DNA of 64,000 nt. Origin: an uncultured Acidobacteriota bacterium (GTDB taxonomy: Bacteria; Acidobacteriota; Vicinamibacteria; Vicinamibacterales; UBA2999). Of the stretch, positions 18,843 through 28,028 are shown in pieces. Under the pieces are notes generated by a model, which was not told where the DNA came from, did no database searches, and saw only the letters and a list, made by a program, of their open reading frames with translations. A program made the translations under genes and the position numbers. Each line of letters begins with the position of its first letter. Position 1 is the stretch's first letter. Location: assembly GCA_963789815.1 (NCBI GenBank), contig CAWBMG010000007.1, positions 920,079-984,078 of the forward strand. The letters run 5' to 3'.

Positions 18843-19514
18843 GTGTTAGCCGCTGCACGAACACGTTGGGTGACTTTTGACTGTTTCGGGACGCTCGTCG
18901 ACTGGCAGGCGGCGTTTGCCGCCGCTCTGGCGCCGTTTGCAGGTGACGGCGTCTCGGATATCGTGCGCGCGTATCACGCGTGCGAACGGGTTGTGGAGCA
19001 CGAGAAGCCGCACCGTTCGTATAGAGACGTCCTCGTAACGGCACTGGTGCGCGCGGCCGCCCAACGCGGCGTGCGGCTCTCCGAGTCAGACGCCCGGGCG
19101 CTCCCGCAATCGTGGGCGTCGATGCGCCTCTTCGACGACGTCGAGGCGATGCTGGCGGAGCTGCGCCGAAGGGGATTCCGTCTCGGGGTGCTCACCAACT
19201 GTGACGACGATCTCTTCGAGATCACGCATCGCGCGTTCAGCACGCCGTTCGATCTGTTCGTCACGGCGGAGCGTGTGCGCGGCTACAAGCCGGCGCCGTG
19301 GCATTTCCGCGCGTTCGAGCGTCTGACCGGCGCCGGAAAGTGCAACTGGGTGCACGTGGCGTGCAGCTGGTACCACGACATCGCGCCAGCACAGGCGCTC
19401 GGCATCAAGCGTGTGTGGCTCGATCGCGAGCGGACCGGAGAAGATCCGTCGTGTGCATCGGTCCACGTTCATTCGGCAACCGATGTGGCCGGAGCGATCG
19501 ATGAGCTTTTCTAA
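18843..19514 (+). CDS. HAD-family hydrolase (haloacid dehalogenase type II-like)
   Basis: GTG start preceded by GAGGAGG. Motif I is FDCFGTLVDW; downstream motifs are LTNCDDD and WLDRERTGEDP. Confidence 0.8.
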   Translation: MLAAARTRWVTFDCFGTLVDWQAAFAAALAPFAGDGVSDIVRAYHACERVVEHEKPHRSYRDVLVTALVRAAAQRGVRLSESDARALPQSWASMRLFDDVEAMLAELRRRGFRLGVLTNCDDDLFEITHRAFSTPFDLFVTAERVRGYKPAPWHFRAFERLTGAGKCNWVHVACSWYHDIAPAQALGIKRVWLDRERTGEDPSCASVHVHSATDVAGAIDELF

Positions 19515-19695
19515 CGAGCGAGAGATCCCTTCTGCAACCAATCGCCGAGCGCGATGGAGCCAATCCGTAGTGCTCGGCGACCCGTGAAATCGAAAACTGG
19601 TTCGAGGAGCTGAGGCAGCTCGTGCCGACGAATTGAGGAGGGACGCTCTTCCTGGCGATGATGCTCGTCTCGTGGACCCGCGGGATACTGTGTCC

Positions 19696-20577
19696 ATGAC
19701 AGATCATCGGCTGCTGAATGGCAGGGCGGTTCGCGACCGCATTCTCGAGGACGTGACGGCGCGCGTGCGTGAGGCGGCCGCGACGCACACGATCGGACGT
19801 CTCGTCTCGGTCAGCATCGGCGAGCATAAGGAAGTTGCGGTGTACGTGCGCGGCCAGGCGAACGCTGCGAGGAAAGTCGGCCTTCGCTTCGAGCAACAGA
19901 CCTGGCCGAGCGCGCTCAGCCAGGACGAGTGCAAGACGCGAATCGTGGCCATGAACGACGACCCTGACGTGCTCGGCGTCATCCTGCAGCGTCCCGTGCC
20001 CGGCCATATCAACGGACGCTCGCTCGCCTCGGCGATCCATCCCCTCAAGGATGTCGAGGGCATGAACCCTGCCTCGATCGGAAACATCGTCTACAACGAT
20101 CTGGCGCTGGCACCTTGTACGGCGGCGGCTTCGGTCGAACTGATCAAGGCCACCGGCCTCAACCTGCACGGGTTGGAGGTCGTGATGGTCGGCCACTCGG
20201 AGATTGTCGGGAAGCCCGCCGCGTTCATGCTGATGGCGGAGGGCGCGACGGTTACCGTATGCCACCACCTGACTCGCTCGGTTGCCGCACACTCGCGCCG
20301 AGCGGATGCTGTGCTCGTCGCGGTCGGCAAGCCGAAGTTCCTACGCGCCGACATGGTCAAGCCCGGCGCAGCCGTCATCGACATTGGCATCAACCAAATC
20401 ATCGGCCCGAACGGCGAGACGGTGATCGTCGGCGACGTCGATACCGATGCCGTGAAAGAAGTCGCGAGCTGGGTCACGCCGGTGCCGGGCGGCGTCGGGC
20501 CGGTGACGGTGGCGATGTTCATGCGAAATGCGATCATCGCGCACGAGAAGCAGCTCGCTGCTGGCTGGCTGGACTAG
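19696..20577 (+). CDS. folD: bifunctional methylenetetrahydrofolate dehydrogenase/methenyl-THF cyclohydrolase
   Basis: Conserved FolD blocks are present: VYVRGQANAARKVG, HPLKDVEGMNP, APCTAAA, VVMVGHSEIVGKPAAFML, TVCH, PVPGGVGPVTVAM. Confidence 0.9.
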   Translation: MTDHRLLNGRAVRDRILEDVTARVREAAATHTIGRLVSVSIGEHKEVAVYVRGQANAARKVGLRFEQQTWPSALSQDECKTRIVAMNDDPDVLGVILQRPVPGHINGRSLASAIHPLKDVEGMNPASIGNIVYNDLALAPCTAAASVELIKATGLNLHGLEVVMVGHSEIVGKPAAFMLMAEGATVTVCHHLTRSVAAHSRRADAVLVAVGKPKFLRADMVKPGAAVIDIGINQIIGPNGETVIVGDVDTDAVKEVASWVTPVPGGVGPVTVAMFMRNAIIAHEKQLAAGWLD

Positions 20578-20707
20578 ACGCAGCGCGCCGCCTCACGCAA
20601 CGAGGTTCACGCGGTTCTGACCATGCGTCGGCACTCGTAGTCGTTACAATGACGGCGACTGAATGCCGAAGCCCGGTTCGCAACGGCCACAAATCGACTA
20701 GAGCCAC

Positions 20708-21907
20708 ATGTCCTCACCCACCGATCGCCCCGCATCCAAGATCCTCGACCTCGAAGTCAAGGACGCCCGTGTCATCTTCACGCCGATCTGGGCGGACCTC
20801 GACGAAGAGATAGGCCATGAGAACCTCCGTTTCCCCAAGGAGATCATCCTGCTGGGCGGGGCTCCAGGGGCGGGCAAAGGGACGCAGACGCAGTTCATCA
20901 ACGAAGCTCGCGGCCTGACGTGCCCACCGATTGTGATCAGCGACCTGCTGACCACCCCGGAGATGGAGAAGCTCAAGGCCCAGGGCGGCATGGTCGGCGA
21001 CAAGGAAGTGGTGACAGTATTGCTCCGGACGCTCCTGCAGCCGACGTATCGCGACGGCGTTGTGCTGGACGGCTTTCCGCGCACGCCAGTACAGGTCGAA
21101 TGTCTGAAGCTGCTCGTGGACCAGATCAACGAGCTGCACAACCAGTTTGCAGAGACGCCGCTGGCGATCCATTTCCGACGGCCGACGATTCATGCAATGG
21201 TGCTGTTCGTCAGCGAGAGCACGAGCATCGCCCGCCAGCTCAGTCGAGGGCGCGAGATCGTTGAATACAACAGAAAGGTCGCCGAGACCGCCATCGGCAC
21301 GCCTATCGAGTTGCGTGCGACCGACTTGTCCGAAGAGCTCGTGAGGCGGCGATACCAGGTCTTCAAGGAACAGACGTGGGAGGCGCTCACCTCACTGCGA
21401 CAGCTGTACCACTACCACTTCGTCAACGCCGAGGGCCCCATCGCAGAAGTACAGGCCAACATCCTCAAGGAGCTCAAGTATCAGAGCTCGCTGGAGCTGG
21501 ACCCACGCACGTTTCAGCGACTGCGAATGCTGCCTCTCGCCGAGGAGCTCGTGATTCATGGCCGGCAGGAGCTGGTCAAGCGACTCGACACCTACGAACT
21601 GGAGCATCCTGAGCTCCTGAGCGAGATCGTGGATCTGGTCAGCAGCAAGTTCATGCCCATCATCACCAGGCACGCGCTGTCGGGGCGCGCGCACGTGAAC
21701 TCGGAGGCCCCGGTCTTCAACGAACCGCTGGCGATCCCGATGTTGATCGATCTGTTTTCCGAGCGCGGTTATCACGCAGTCGTCGATAAGCACATTCAGG
21801 AGGTCCCGGAGCGAGTTGACCTGGCCACCGGCGAGATCAAATGCCGCTCGAAACCCGTGTACCGCATCCAGATCCACTTCGAGGCGTCAAAGATCCGGCG
21901 CGGATGA
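20708..21907 (+). CDS. adenylate kinase-like P-loop NMP kinase with about 45-aa N-terminal and about 150-aa C-terminal extensions
   Basis: IILLGGAPGAGKGTQ P-loop and VLDGFPRTPVQ NMP-binding motif of adenylate kinases. Total length is 399 aa, against about 190-220 aa for classical Adk. Confidence 0.7.
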   Translation: MSSPTDRPASKILDLEVKDARVIFTPIWADLDEEIGHENLRFPKEIILLGGAPGAGKGTQTQFINEARGLTCPPIVISDLLTTPEMEKLKAQGGMVGDKEVVTVLLRTLLQPTYRDGVVLDGFPRTPVQVECLKLLVDQINELHNQFAETPLAIHFRRPTIHAMVLFVSESTSIARQLSRGREIVEYNRKVAETAIGTPIELRATDLSEELVRRRYQVFKEQTWEALTSLRQLYHYHFVNAEGPIAEVQANILKELKYQSSLELDPRTFQRLRMLPLAEELVIHGRQELVKRLDTYELEHPELLSEIVDLVSSKFMPIITRHALSGRAHVNSEAPVFNEPLAIPMLIDLFSERGYHAVVDKHIQEVPERVDLATGEIKCRSKPVYRIQIHFEASKIRRG

Positions 21908-21959
21908 GGTGGTGACTCACTTGAACCTTGCGGTCGGACGCCGATGACGTCGGCGACTT

Positions 21960-22439
21960 CTAACGGCGAAAGCGAAGTACGCCGCGAGACGAGGTGAGCG
22001 TGAGCGAGTTGCCGTCGATTCGCGCGGCGCTGTCGCCCGCGAGGATTCCGACGTAAGTGTTCTCGAAGGCCATGGTCGGACACGCCGCGCGGGTGCAGGC
22101 GAGCAGTGGACCGATGGTCACGGTCTGACCGCTGACCACGAGATTCCCCGCACAGGTGTTGCAGTCGGCCTTGGTGGAGACGCGACCCTCGGCGATCGCG
22201 AGCTCGTAGAACGCGCCCGGAGGGACGGTTTGTGCCGTCTGGCCGGTGGGTTCAATCGATGTGAGCGTCCATGTTCCAGCGGTCTGGTCGGCCGTCAATG
22301 ACGTGGTGCCACCGGTGGCAGATGGGCTCGTGGGACTCGAGACGTCGCTCGAGCACCCAGCGCCGAGAAGAGTAGAGGCCAAAGCGAGAGCGACGAGCGA
22401 TGTGATTGAGCAATGCATGGAGCCGATGCATCGCAACAC
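21960..22439 (-). CDS. META (HslJ-like) domain lipoprotein
   Basis: Signal peptide with a Cys (LLGAGCSS). The GTWTLTSIEP ... FYELAIAEGRVSTKADCNTCAG ... pattern is typical of META domains. Confidence 0.7.
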   Translation of the reverse strand: MLRCIGSMHCSITSLVALALASTLLGAGCSSDVSSPTSPSATGGTTSLTADQTAGTWTLTSIEPTGQTAQTVPPGAFYELAIAEGRVSTKADCNTCAGNLVVSGQTVTIGPLLACTRAACPTMAFENTYVGILAGDSAARIDGNSLTLTSSRGVLRFRR

Positions 22440-22559
22440 CCGTTCCAGGTGTTGAGGCTGTAAATGTCTCAGGAATCGTCAGTGCGCGTCCTTCTCCGGA
22501 GACGGGATCGCGCGAGACCCGACACCAGCAAGGGACATGGAGAGAAACCAACTGTCGAG

Positions 22560-23831
22560 TTACTTCTTGGGCGCGACCATCTTCGTGATGCGGCCAACGC
22601 TCGTGTCGCCGGCGTACAGGTTGTCGTCCTTGTCCATGACCCAGTAGCTGGCTTCAATGAACTGCCCGGTCCCTATGCCCATGCCGTTACCGATGGCACC
22701 GAGCACTTTGCCGCTCCGGTCCAGCTTCAAGAACTGGCCATCCTGCCCGCTCGCCATCCACGGCCGGCCGTGGGAGTCAAAGTAGAGAGCGCACACGAGG
22801 TTTCTCATTTGGATCGTCTTGAGGAACTTGCCGTCGCCCGAATAGACGACGATGCGATATTCCTCGCGGTCGCCGATCCAGACATCGCCGTTCGTGGGAT
22901 CGACAGCGAGCCCATGAGCCGAGCTGAATTTTCCCTGTCCGACTTCGTTGCCGTACCACTGATTGATGAATGTGCCGTTCTTGTCGAGGTGAATGATCCG
23001 CGCTGCACCGAGATTGTTGGCCGGGTCGTCTGAACCAGTGTCATTGGGGCTCTCGTTCGCATGGCCCTCGCCGACATACACATCGCCGTTCGGCCCGAAG
23101 GCCACCATCACCGGCTGCCATAGAAGCCTCTGTTCTTTGGCTTCATTCCAATCCCCACGTCGTCCCCTTTCACCGATGGTCAGGAGAAGCTTGCCGTCGG
23201 GACTGAGTTTCATCACGGTGGCGCTGTTTGCTGCGGTGATCCAGACATTGTCTTGAGCGTCAACGGCCATGCCGTGCGCCTTGTCTTGGTAGCCGATCAC
23301 GTCCGGGCCTATCTGAAGGACAAGCTTGTAGTTCGGATCGAATTTGAAGAGCTGCGGTTTGCCGGCGTCTGCGCGCTGAAGGACCCAAAGGTTTCCTTTG
23401 GAATCGAGGGCGACCGCCGGGACACCGCCAAAGCCGGGGGGCAGCCCATATGGGTACGTGAACGTGTAGCCGAGCGTCTGCTTCCACTGGACACGCTGCA
23501 ATGTCTGGCGTCCGCGGCCCAGCCGGTTGCCGCACAGGGGCGAGTGACTGCATGGAGGAGTCGTCGCCGCAGCCGGCCCGGCAAGCGCCGCTCTGGCCGC
23601 CTGCGGCCCCGCGCCGTCGGGTTCACCGCGAGGTGGCACGGTGACATGTCCACCCGGTTCGACGATCGTCCGTCCACCCGGGTCGGGAAATGATCCTCGG
23701 AGAAACCAGGCTGGTGACCCCTCGACGCCCGGGCCCTCTTGTGGCGCCTGCGATTGGGAGAATCCTGGAGTCCCGCTGAGAATCACGCCGAGCGCCGCCG
23801 CCGCAGCTCCAGGGAAAGGACGTCTACTCAC
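22560..23831 (-). CDS. NHL-repeat six-bladed beta-propeller, peptidylglycine alpha-hydroxyglycine lyase (PAL)-like, exported
   Basis: Signal sequence MSRRPFPGAAAAALGV and repeated NHL-like blades (HGMAVDAQDNVWIT, NGDVYVGEGH, AHGLAVDPTNGDVWIGD, DNLYAGD). Confidence 0.75.
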   Translation of the reverse strand: MSRRPFPGAAAAALGVILSGTPGFSQSQAPQEGPGVEGSPAWFLRGSFPDPGGRTIVEPGGHVTVPPRGEPDGAGPQAARAALAGPAAATTPPCSHSPLCGNRLGRGRQTLQRVQWKQTLGYTFTYPYGLPPGFGGVPAVALDSKGNLWVLQRADAGKPQLFKFDPNYKLVLQIGPDVIGYQDKAHGMAVDAQDNVWITAANSATVMKLSPDGKLLLTIGERGRRGDWNEAKEQRLLWQPVMVAFGPNGDVYVGEGHANESPNDTGSDDPANNLGAARIIHLDKNGTFINQWYGNEVGQGKFSSAHGLAVDPTNGDVWIGDREEYRIVVYSGDGKFLKTIQMRNLVCALYFDSHGRPWMASGQDGQFLKLDRSGKVLGAIGNGMGIGTGQFIEASYWVMDKDDNLYAGDTSVGRITKMVAPKK

Positions 23832-23980
23832 CCGACAAGGATACTCCCTCAGCCGACGACGGAATTCGTTGAGCCATTGTGTTTTGCGGGCTCATCCGCA
23901 CATCCGGCCCAGCAAAGGCGCCGCCAATGGCTATTCACGCGGCCAACTCGTATAAATCGCCCGAACAGGAGGGAGCAAAC

Positions 23981-24243
23981 ATGAAGAGTTTCAAGCGACT
24001 GGTAATTCTCGGCGTGGCCCAACTCGGCTGATGATCGCGGGTGACGGCCGTGAGTTTACATTCGCGATCAACGGCGACACCGAGGTTCTCGCGAAGGGCG
24101 CCAGCCGGGCGACCAAAGCCGCGGGTGGTAGCACGCCCTTCACGACGTTTGTTCACAGTGGCGACCTCGTGAGCGTCAGTTACAAGGATGCTGCCGGAGC
24201 GCTGACAACGGTGCAGGTTCGGCTCCGTACCACGAGCAGGTGA
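23981..24243 (+). CDS. small secreted protein (apparent 1-nt deletion at 24026-24027)
   Basis: A strong RBS GGAGGGAG precedes ATG 23981, which encodes MKSFKRLVILGVAQLG and then hits TGA. The mature part (24031-24243 ORF) lies in the neighbouring frame. One extra G joins them into an 86-aa preprotein. Confidence 0.4.
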
Positions 24244-24339
24244 AGTTGATTGGTCTGTCGCAATGCGGCCGCGCCTGGCGCACGGCCGCGTCGACTGCTC
24301 AACCCGTACTGACTATCGAGAAAAGCGAAGCGGGCGCCG

Positions 24340-24756
24340 TCACTTGCAGTCCCCAGTCCGCTTCGCGTTCCTCTTGTAGGTGACGACCTCGCCCTCGACT
24401 TTCGTCGTTGTCACGATTGAATAGGTCTCGGTGCCAAACGACATCTCGCCGCGCGAGACGACGCGAACGCCGTCCGAGTTGCACGTCATCACGAACGTCA
24501 ACCGATCGCCGGTGCTCACGAGGTCCGATATCTTGCACTCCTGCTCTTCGGCCCCGCGCGTCAGGAGCTTCGTCATGTCCTTCAAGTCCTGCGCGGTGAT
24601 GCACGCCGAAACCTTCGACGACGGCGTCGACTTTCCGTCAAGACTTATGTCGTCCACCATCTCGTACAGCCCGGGCCTGAGACGACTTTGAGCCACTACG
24701 ATCGACCCGGTCAAAAGAATGATCGTCGCGATCGGGATCAGTGACTTCATGCTCAT
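24340..24756 (-). CDS. DUF3617-like exported protein
   Basis: AAGGAG RBS and signal peptide MSMKSLIPIATIILLTGSIVVAQ. The PGLYE motif and conserved Cys pattern (CITAQ, ECKISD, TCNSD, GDCK) are present. Confidence 0.65.
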   Translation of the reverse strand: MSMKSLIPIATIILLTGSIVVAQSRLRPGLYEMVDDISLDGKSTPSSKVSACITAQDLKDMTKLLTRGAEEQECKISDLVSTGDRLTFVMTCNSDGVRVVSRGEMSFGTETYSIVTTTKVEGEVVTYKRNAKRTGDCK

Positions 24757-24790
24757 CCCTCGCTCCTTCGGAAGTATTCCTAATTCATAC

Positions 24791-26074
24791 CTAGTTGCGT
24801 TTCCAGGTATCCCACGTCCTGAGGATCTGGCCGGCGATCTTGTCGGGGTCGGCGCCGGGTATTGGTTCGAACTTCTGTATGCGCCCCATGAAACAGTCAG
24901 CGAGATACAAATTCCCGAGTTGATCGGTCGTGATCCCGTGGGAGCAGCCAAGACGTCCCGCTTGCGGGCCAGGAGCGCCCCAGCTGTACAAGTAGTTCCC
25001 CTTCTGATCGAACTTCAGGATCCGGGCAGTTGGTGCGTCACCGACCCAGATGAACCCTTTGTCGTCGATGAAGTGATTCACCATCAGCGTGCCCTGACTG
25101 GCTGGCCAATGTGGCGACCTGAGGGGCCACATGTCGAGGAACTTCCCGTTTTCGTCGAAGACCTGCATCCGCTGGTGCCCTCGATCGACGATGAACAGCT
25201 TCCTGTCGGCGCTGATGGCAATGCTGTGGACCGTGTTCCACTCGTTGGGCCCGGGATTCTTGGGATCGGCCGGCGGCTGTCCCCAGTCCATGACGAAGTT
25301 GTCCTTCGCGTCGTACTTGACGACGCGCGTCCCGCCGTAGCCGTCCGTGATGAAGTACGTCCCGTCAGGCAGCCAGGCGATGTCCGTCGGCCGGTCGAAT
25401 GTGTTCGGCCCGCGTCCTCGCTTCCCCAACTCTCCCTTGCTGTGAACAAGTTTCCCGTCGTAGGTGAATCGGTAGATCATGTGGAGTTGGTCGTCGATAA
25501 TCCAGACGTGCTTTTCAGGATCGTAGGGGCTTATCTTGATCTGGTGCGGCCCTCGACCGCAGGGAAGCTGGCTGAACAGCTTGTCGAGATGCGGCCATTC
25601 GCCGACGAGGTTGCCCTGCCCGTCCACGATGATGATCGAATGTTCGTACCGTCGCTCCCATCCTCGCTTGGGAACGGGCTCGCACGTCGCCGCGATACCG
25701 TCGCCGTTGCCTGTCGCGTTGCCGCGTGATGGATTGAGCGCCGCGTACGGCGTCCAAGGCGCGGCATCCTTGGGAAGGGGCAGTTCGCCCCGCATCGCGA
25801 TCCAGATGCGGTCAGGATTCTCGGCATAGACCCCGCCGAACGATCCCCACGTCCACCCGTCGTGCGAGTGACGTGTGTCTGGCAACGGCTTGGGCCACCC
25901 CTCGACCACGCGATAGTGGCCGGTGGGCCAGTCCTGATGACTCCACCTCGTCTCCTGTACGGCCGGCGTCTGCGTTGCGGGTGCCGGTGCGTTGCCAGTG
26001 CCGCAACTCGCGATACCGAGCGACAAGAGCGTGAGGGCCACGGTCGACTGGATCACTGAATACGTACAGCGCAT
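24791..26074 (-). CDS. NHL-repeat beta-propeller lipoprotein, PAL-like (paralog of 22560-23831)
   Basis: TAGGAGG RBS and lipobox-like LSLGIASC. NHL blades include VHSIAISADRKLFIVDRG and SHGITTDQLGNLYLADC. Confidence 0.75.
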   Translation of the reverse strand: MRCTYSVIQSTVALTLLSLGIASCGTGNAPAPATQTPAVQETRWSHQDWPTGHYRVVEGWPKPLPDTRHSHDGWTWGSFGGVYAENPDRIWIAMRGELPLPKDAAPWTPYAALNPSRGNATGNGDGIAATCEPVPKRGWERRYEHSIIIVDGQGNLVGEWPHLDKLFSQLPCGRGPHQIKISPYDPEKHVWIIDDQLHMIYRFTYDGKLVHSKGELGKRGRGPNTFDRPTDIAWLPDGTYFITDGYGGTRVVKYDAKDNFVMDWGQPPADPKNPGPNEWNTVHSIAISADRKLFIVDRGHQRMQVFDENGKFLDMWPLRSPHWPASQGTLMVNHFIDDKGFIWVGDAPTARILKFDQKGNYLYSWGAPGPQAGRLGCSHGITTDQLGNLYLADCFMGRIQKFEPIPGADPDKIAGQILRTWDTWKRN

Positions 26075-26148
26075 GCGAAGCCTCCTAAGCTCGAGAACAT
26101 ACGATTGCAACTCCGGCGAGCAGTGGAATGGCGGCCGAGAGCCGGCAA

Positions 26149-26712
26149 TCACGGCGATCCCGGATAGTGTCCGAGCGGGCGTCTCTGCCCGGGTTTCCAG
26201 TCGATCTCGACAGGGAGAAAATTGTCGCGGTTCGGCATCCGGACCTTGGGAAGAGTCGTCGCATCCAGGACGTCGGTCTCCTTGATGATGTCGTTCAGGT
26301 AGAGCACGTAGGCGGTCACCGCGTAGACTTCATCCGCCGTGAGCGATCCGGGCTTCGTCGAGGGCATGGCGCGGTTGATGAAATCCCAGACCGTCGTTGA
26401 ATATGGGACCAGGCTCCCTGCGATTTTCACAGGCTTCGCATTCCCGAGCGGTATGAGTCCACGATGCAGCGTGGTGCCCGCCCCGTTTGTCCCGTGACAC
26501 ACGACGCACTTCTGCGCGTACACCGTGGCACCGGCTCTCACAGTTCCACTCCCAGGCGGCAATTCCTTTCCTCGAGGTGAGACGGCGGTGTCCCGCGCCT
26601 TGACTTCCTCTGCGCTCGGAGTTGTCCCCAGCCGATAGGTCGGCCCCTGGGCCAGCGCGCTCACTGACGCAGAGAGAGCGATCGTCGCTGTCAGCAGCTT
26701 AGAACAGCGCAT
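26149..26712 (-). CDS. monohaem cytochrome c subunit (SorB/SoxD-like)
   Basis: Signal peptide and single CVVCHG motif. The start codon overlaps the stop of the molybdoenzyme gene. Confidence 0.75.
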   Translation of the reverse strand: MRCSKLLTATIALSASVSALAQGPTYRLGTTPSAEEVKARDTAVSPRGKELPPGSGTVRAGATVYAQKCVVCHGTNGAGTTLHRGLIPLGNAKPVKIAGSLVPYSTTVWDFINRAMPSTKPGSLTADEVYAVTAYVLYLNDIIKETDVLDATTLPKVRMPNRDNFLPVEIDWKPGQRRPLGHYPGSP

Positions 26713-27934
26713 TCTGAATGCTCCCATCGCGGTTGATCTTCCAAGGCTGAATGCCGTTGAAGTGATCGGCCTGCATGAAATAATCCGGCGTCACGCCCAG
26801 AATCTTCGCCGCCTCGGCGATGGTCGGTTGCACTTCGCCGCGCTCGTCGGTGCAGCGCGACTGCAGCACGGCCTCCTCGCCGTTCCATTCCCACGCGAAA
26901 CGAAAGCGAGTGTGCGCGTACTGAAGCACGGGCTGCTGAAGCTGCGCTTCCTTGTAGGTCCGCCCGCCGTCGACCGACACATCCACCTTCCGCACGGCGC
27001 CTCCACCGGTCCACGCCAGCCCCGTGATCTCGCAGAACCCGCGGCCGGGCAGGCGTTGCCCCCCGGACGGGCGAGTGATCACCGATTTCGGGCCAAGGTC
27101 GAACCTGAAGCCGAGCGCCTTGCCGTCGGGTCTCGTGTCGGCGTTATTGCCGGCCTCGTGCCACGACATGGCAGGCTGATCCACGACGGCGATGCGGCTC
27201 AGCCACTTCACGGATCGGATGGCTTCCCACCCAGGGACGACGAGCCGGAGCGGATAGCCGTTGTGCGGTCGCACCGGCTCGCCATTCTGAGCGTACGCCA
27301 CGAGGACGTCGTCCATGCACTTCACCAGCGGGATGCTCATGGTGTACTTGTTGGACTCGTTCCCTTCGGCGATCACCCACTGCGCATCGTCCCTCATCCC
27401 GCACTCTTTGAGCAGGACCGACAGCAACACCCCGGTCCATTCGCTGCAGCTGGTTCGTCCGTGCACCAACTGCACTGAATCGCCGTTCGGACCACGAAGC
27501 GGGCGGCTGTTGGCGTTGCACTCGAGGAAATAGATCTTCGAGACCGAGGGGAATCGTTTCAGTTCGTCCAGGGTGAACGTGAGAGCGCGATCGACTAGGC
27601 CGTGCATCAGCAGGCGATGCTGCCGCGGATCGATATCCGGAATGCCGTTGACGTGGTCCATCAAGAAGTGCAGACCGGATGGTGTGATGATCCCGTCCAG
27701 ATCCTGAAGCGGCGTCGTCAACGCGGTATCGGTGATCGGACTGCCGGCTCCAAGGGTCTTGCGTACGGTGCTGTCGAACCGAGACGGTTGTCCGTAGGCC
27801 AGGGTGTCCTTGAGACGTGCTTCGGGCTGAGGTGCCTGGGCACCTACCGACTGGACCGCCCCCACAGCCAGGCCCGCCAAGGCGGCGCTTTCTGTCAGGA
27901 ATTGCCGACGATCGGAGTGGTGGTGCGAACCCAT
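26699..27934 (-). CDS. sulfite dehydrogenase molybdopterin subunit (SorA/SoxC family), Tat-exported
   Basis: GAAGGAGAG RBS and Tat motif SDRRQFL. Sulfite-oxidase-family blocks are present (HGLVDRALTFTLDELKRFP, ECNANS, NGYPLRLVVPGWEAIRSVKWL). Confidence 0.85.
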   Translation of the reverse strand: MGSHHHSDRRQFLTESAALAGLAVGAVQSVGAQAPQPEARLKDTLAYGQPSRFDSTVRKTLGAGSPITDTALTTPLQDLDGIITPSGLHFLMDHVNGIPDIDPRQHRLLMHGLVDRALTFTLDELKRFPSVSKIYFLECNANSRPLRGPNGDSVQLVHGRTSCSEWTGVLLSVLLKECGMRDDAQWVIAEGNESNKYTMSIPLVKCMDDVLVAYAQNGEPVRPHNGYPLRLVVPGWEAIRSVKWLSRIAVVDQPAMSWHEAGNNADTRPDGKALGFRFDLGPKSVITRPSGGQRLPGRGFCEITGLAWTGGGAVRKVDVSVDGGRTYKEAQLQQPVLQYAHTRFRFAWEWNGEEAVLQSRCTDERGEVQPTIAEAAKILGVTPDYFMQADHFNGIQPWKINRDGSIQNALF

Positions 27935-28028
27935 GGTCTCTCTCCTTCTCGCTTCGAACAAGTTGCCAGTTCGCGCTCGGGACTGGCAGCGCGCGCTCGT
28001 ATTGGAACGCTCCTTTCACCGGCTGTCA

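Noticed and set aside
24265-24289. GCGGCCG / CGGCCGC hairpin between convergent genes as a terminator
   Set aside because: There is no U-tract on either strand. It may be a weak bidirectional stop but cannot be supported.
24719-25729. 336-aa plus-strand ORF
   Set aside because: It is entirely antisense to the NHL propeller gene (24791-26074). The sequence is low-complexity and Arg/Pro/Val-rich, typical of shadow ORFs in GC-rich DNA, with no RBS. The same applies to 40661-41827, 19405-20292, 27144-28019, 34015-34758, 57342-58103 and many other long ORFs in the track.
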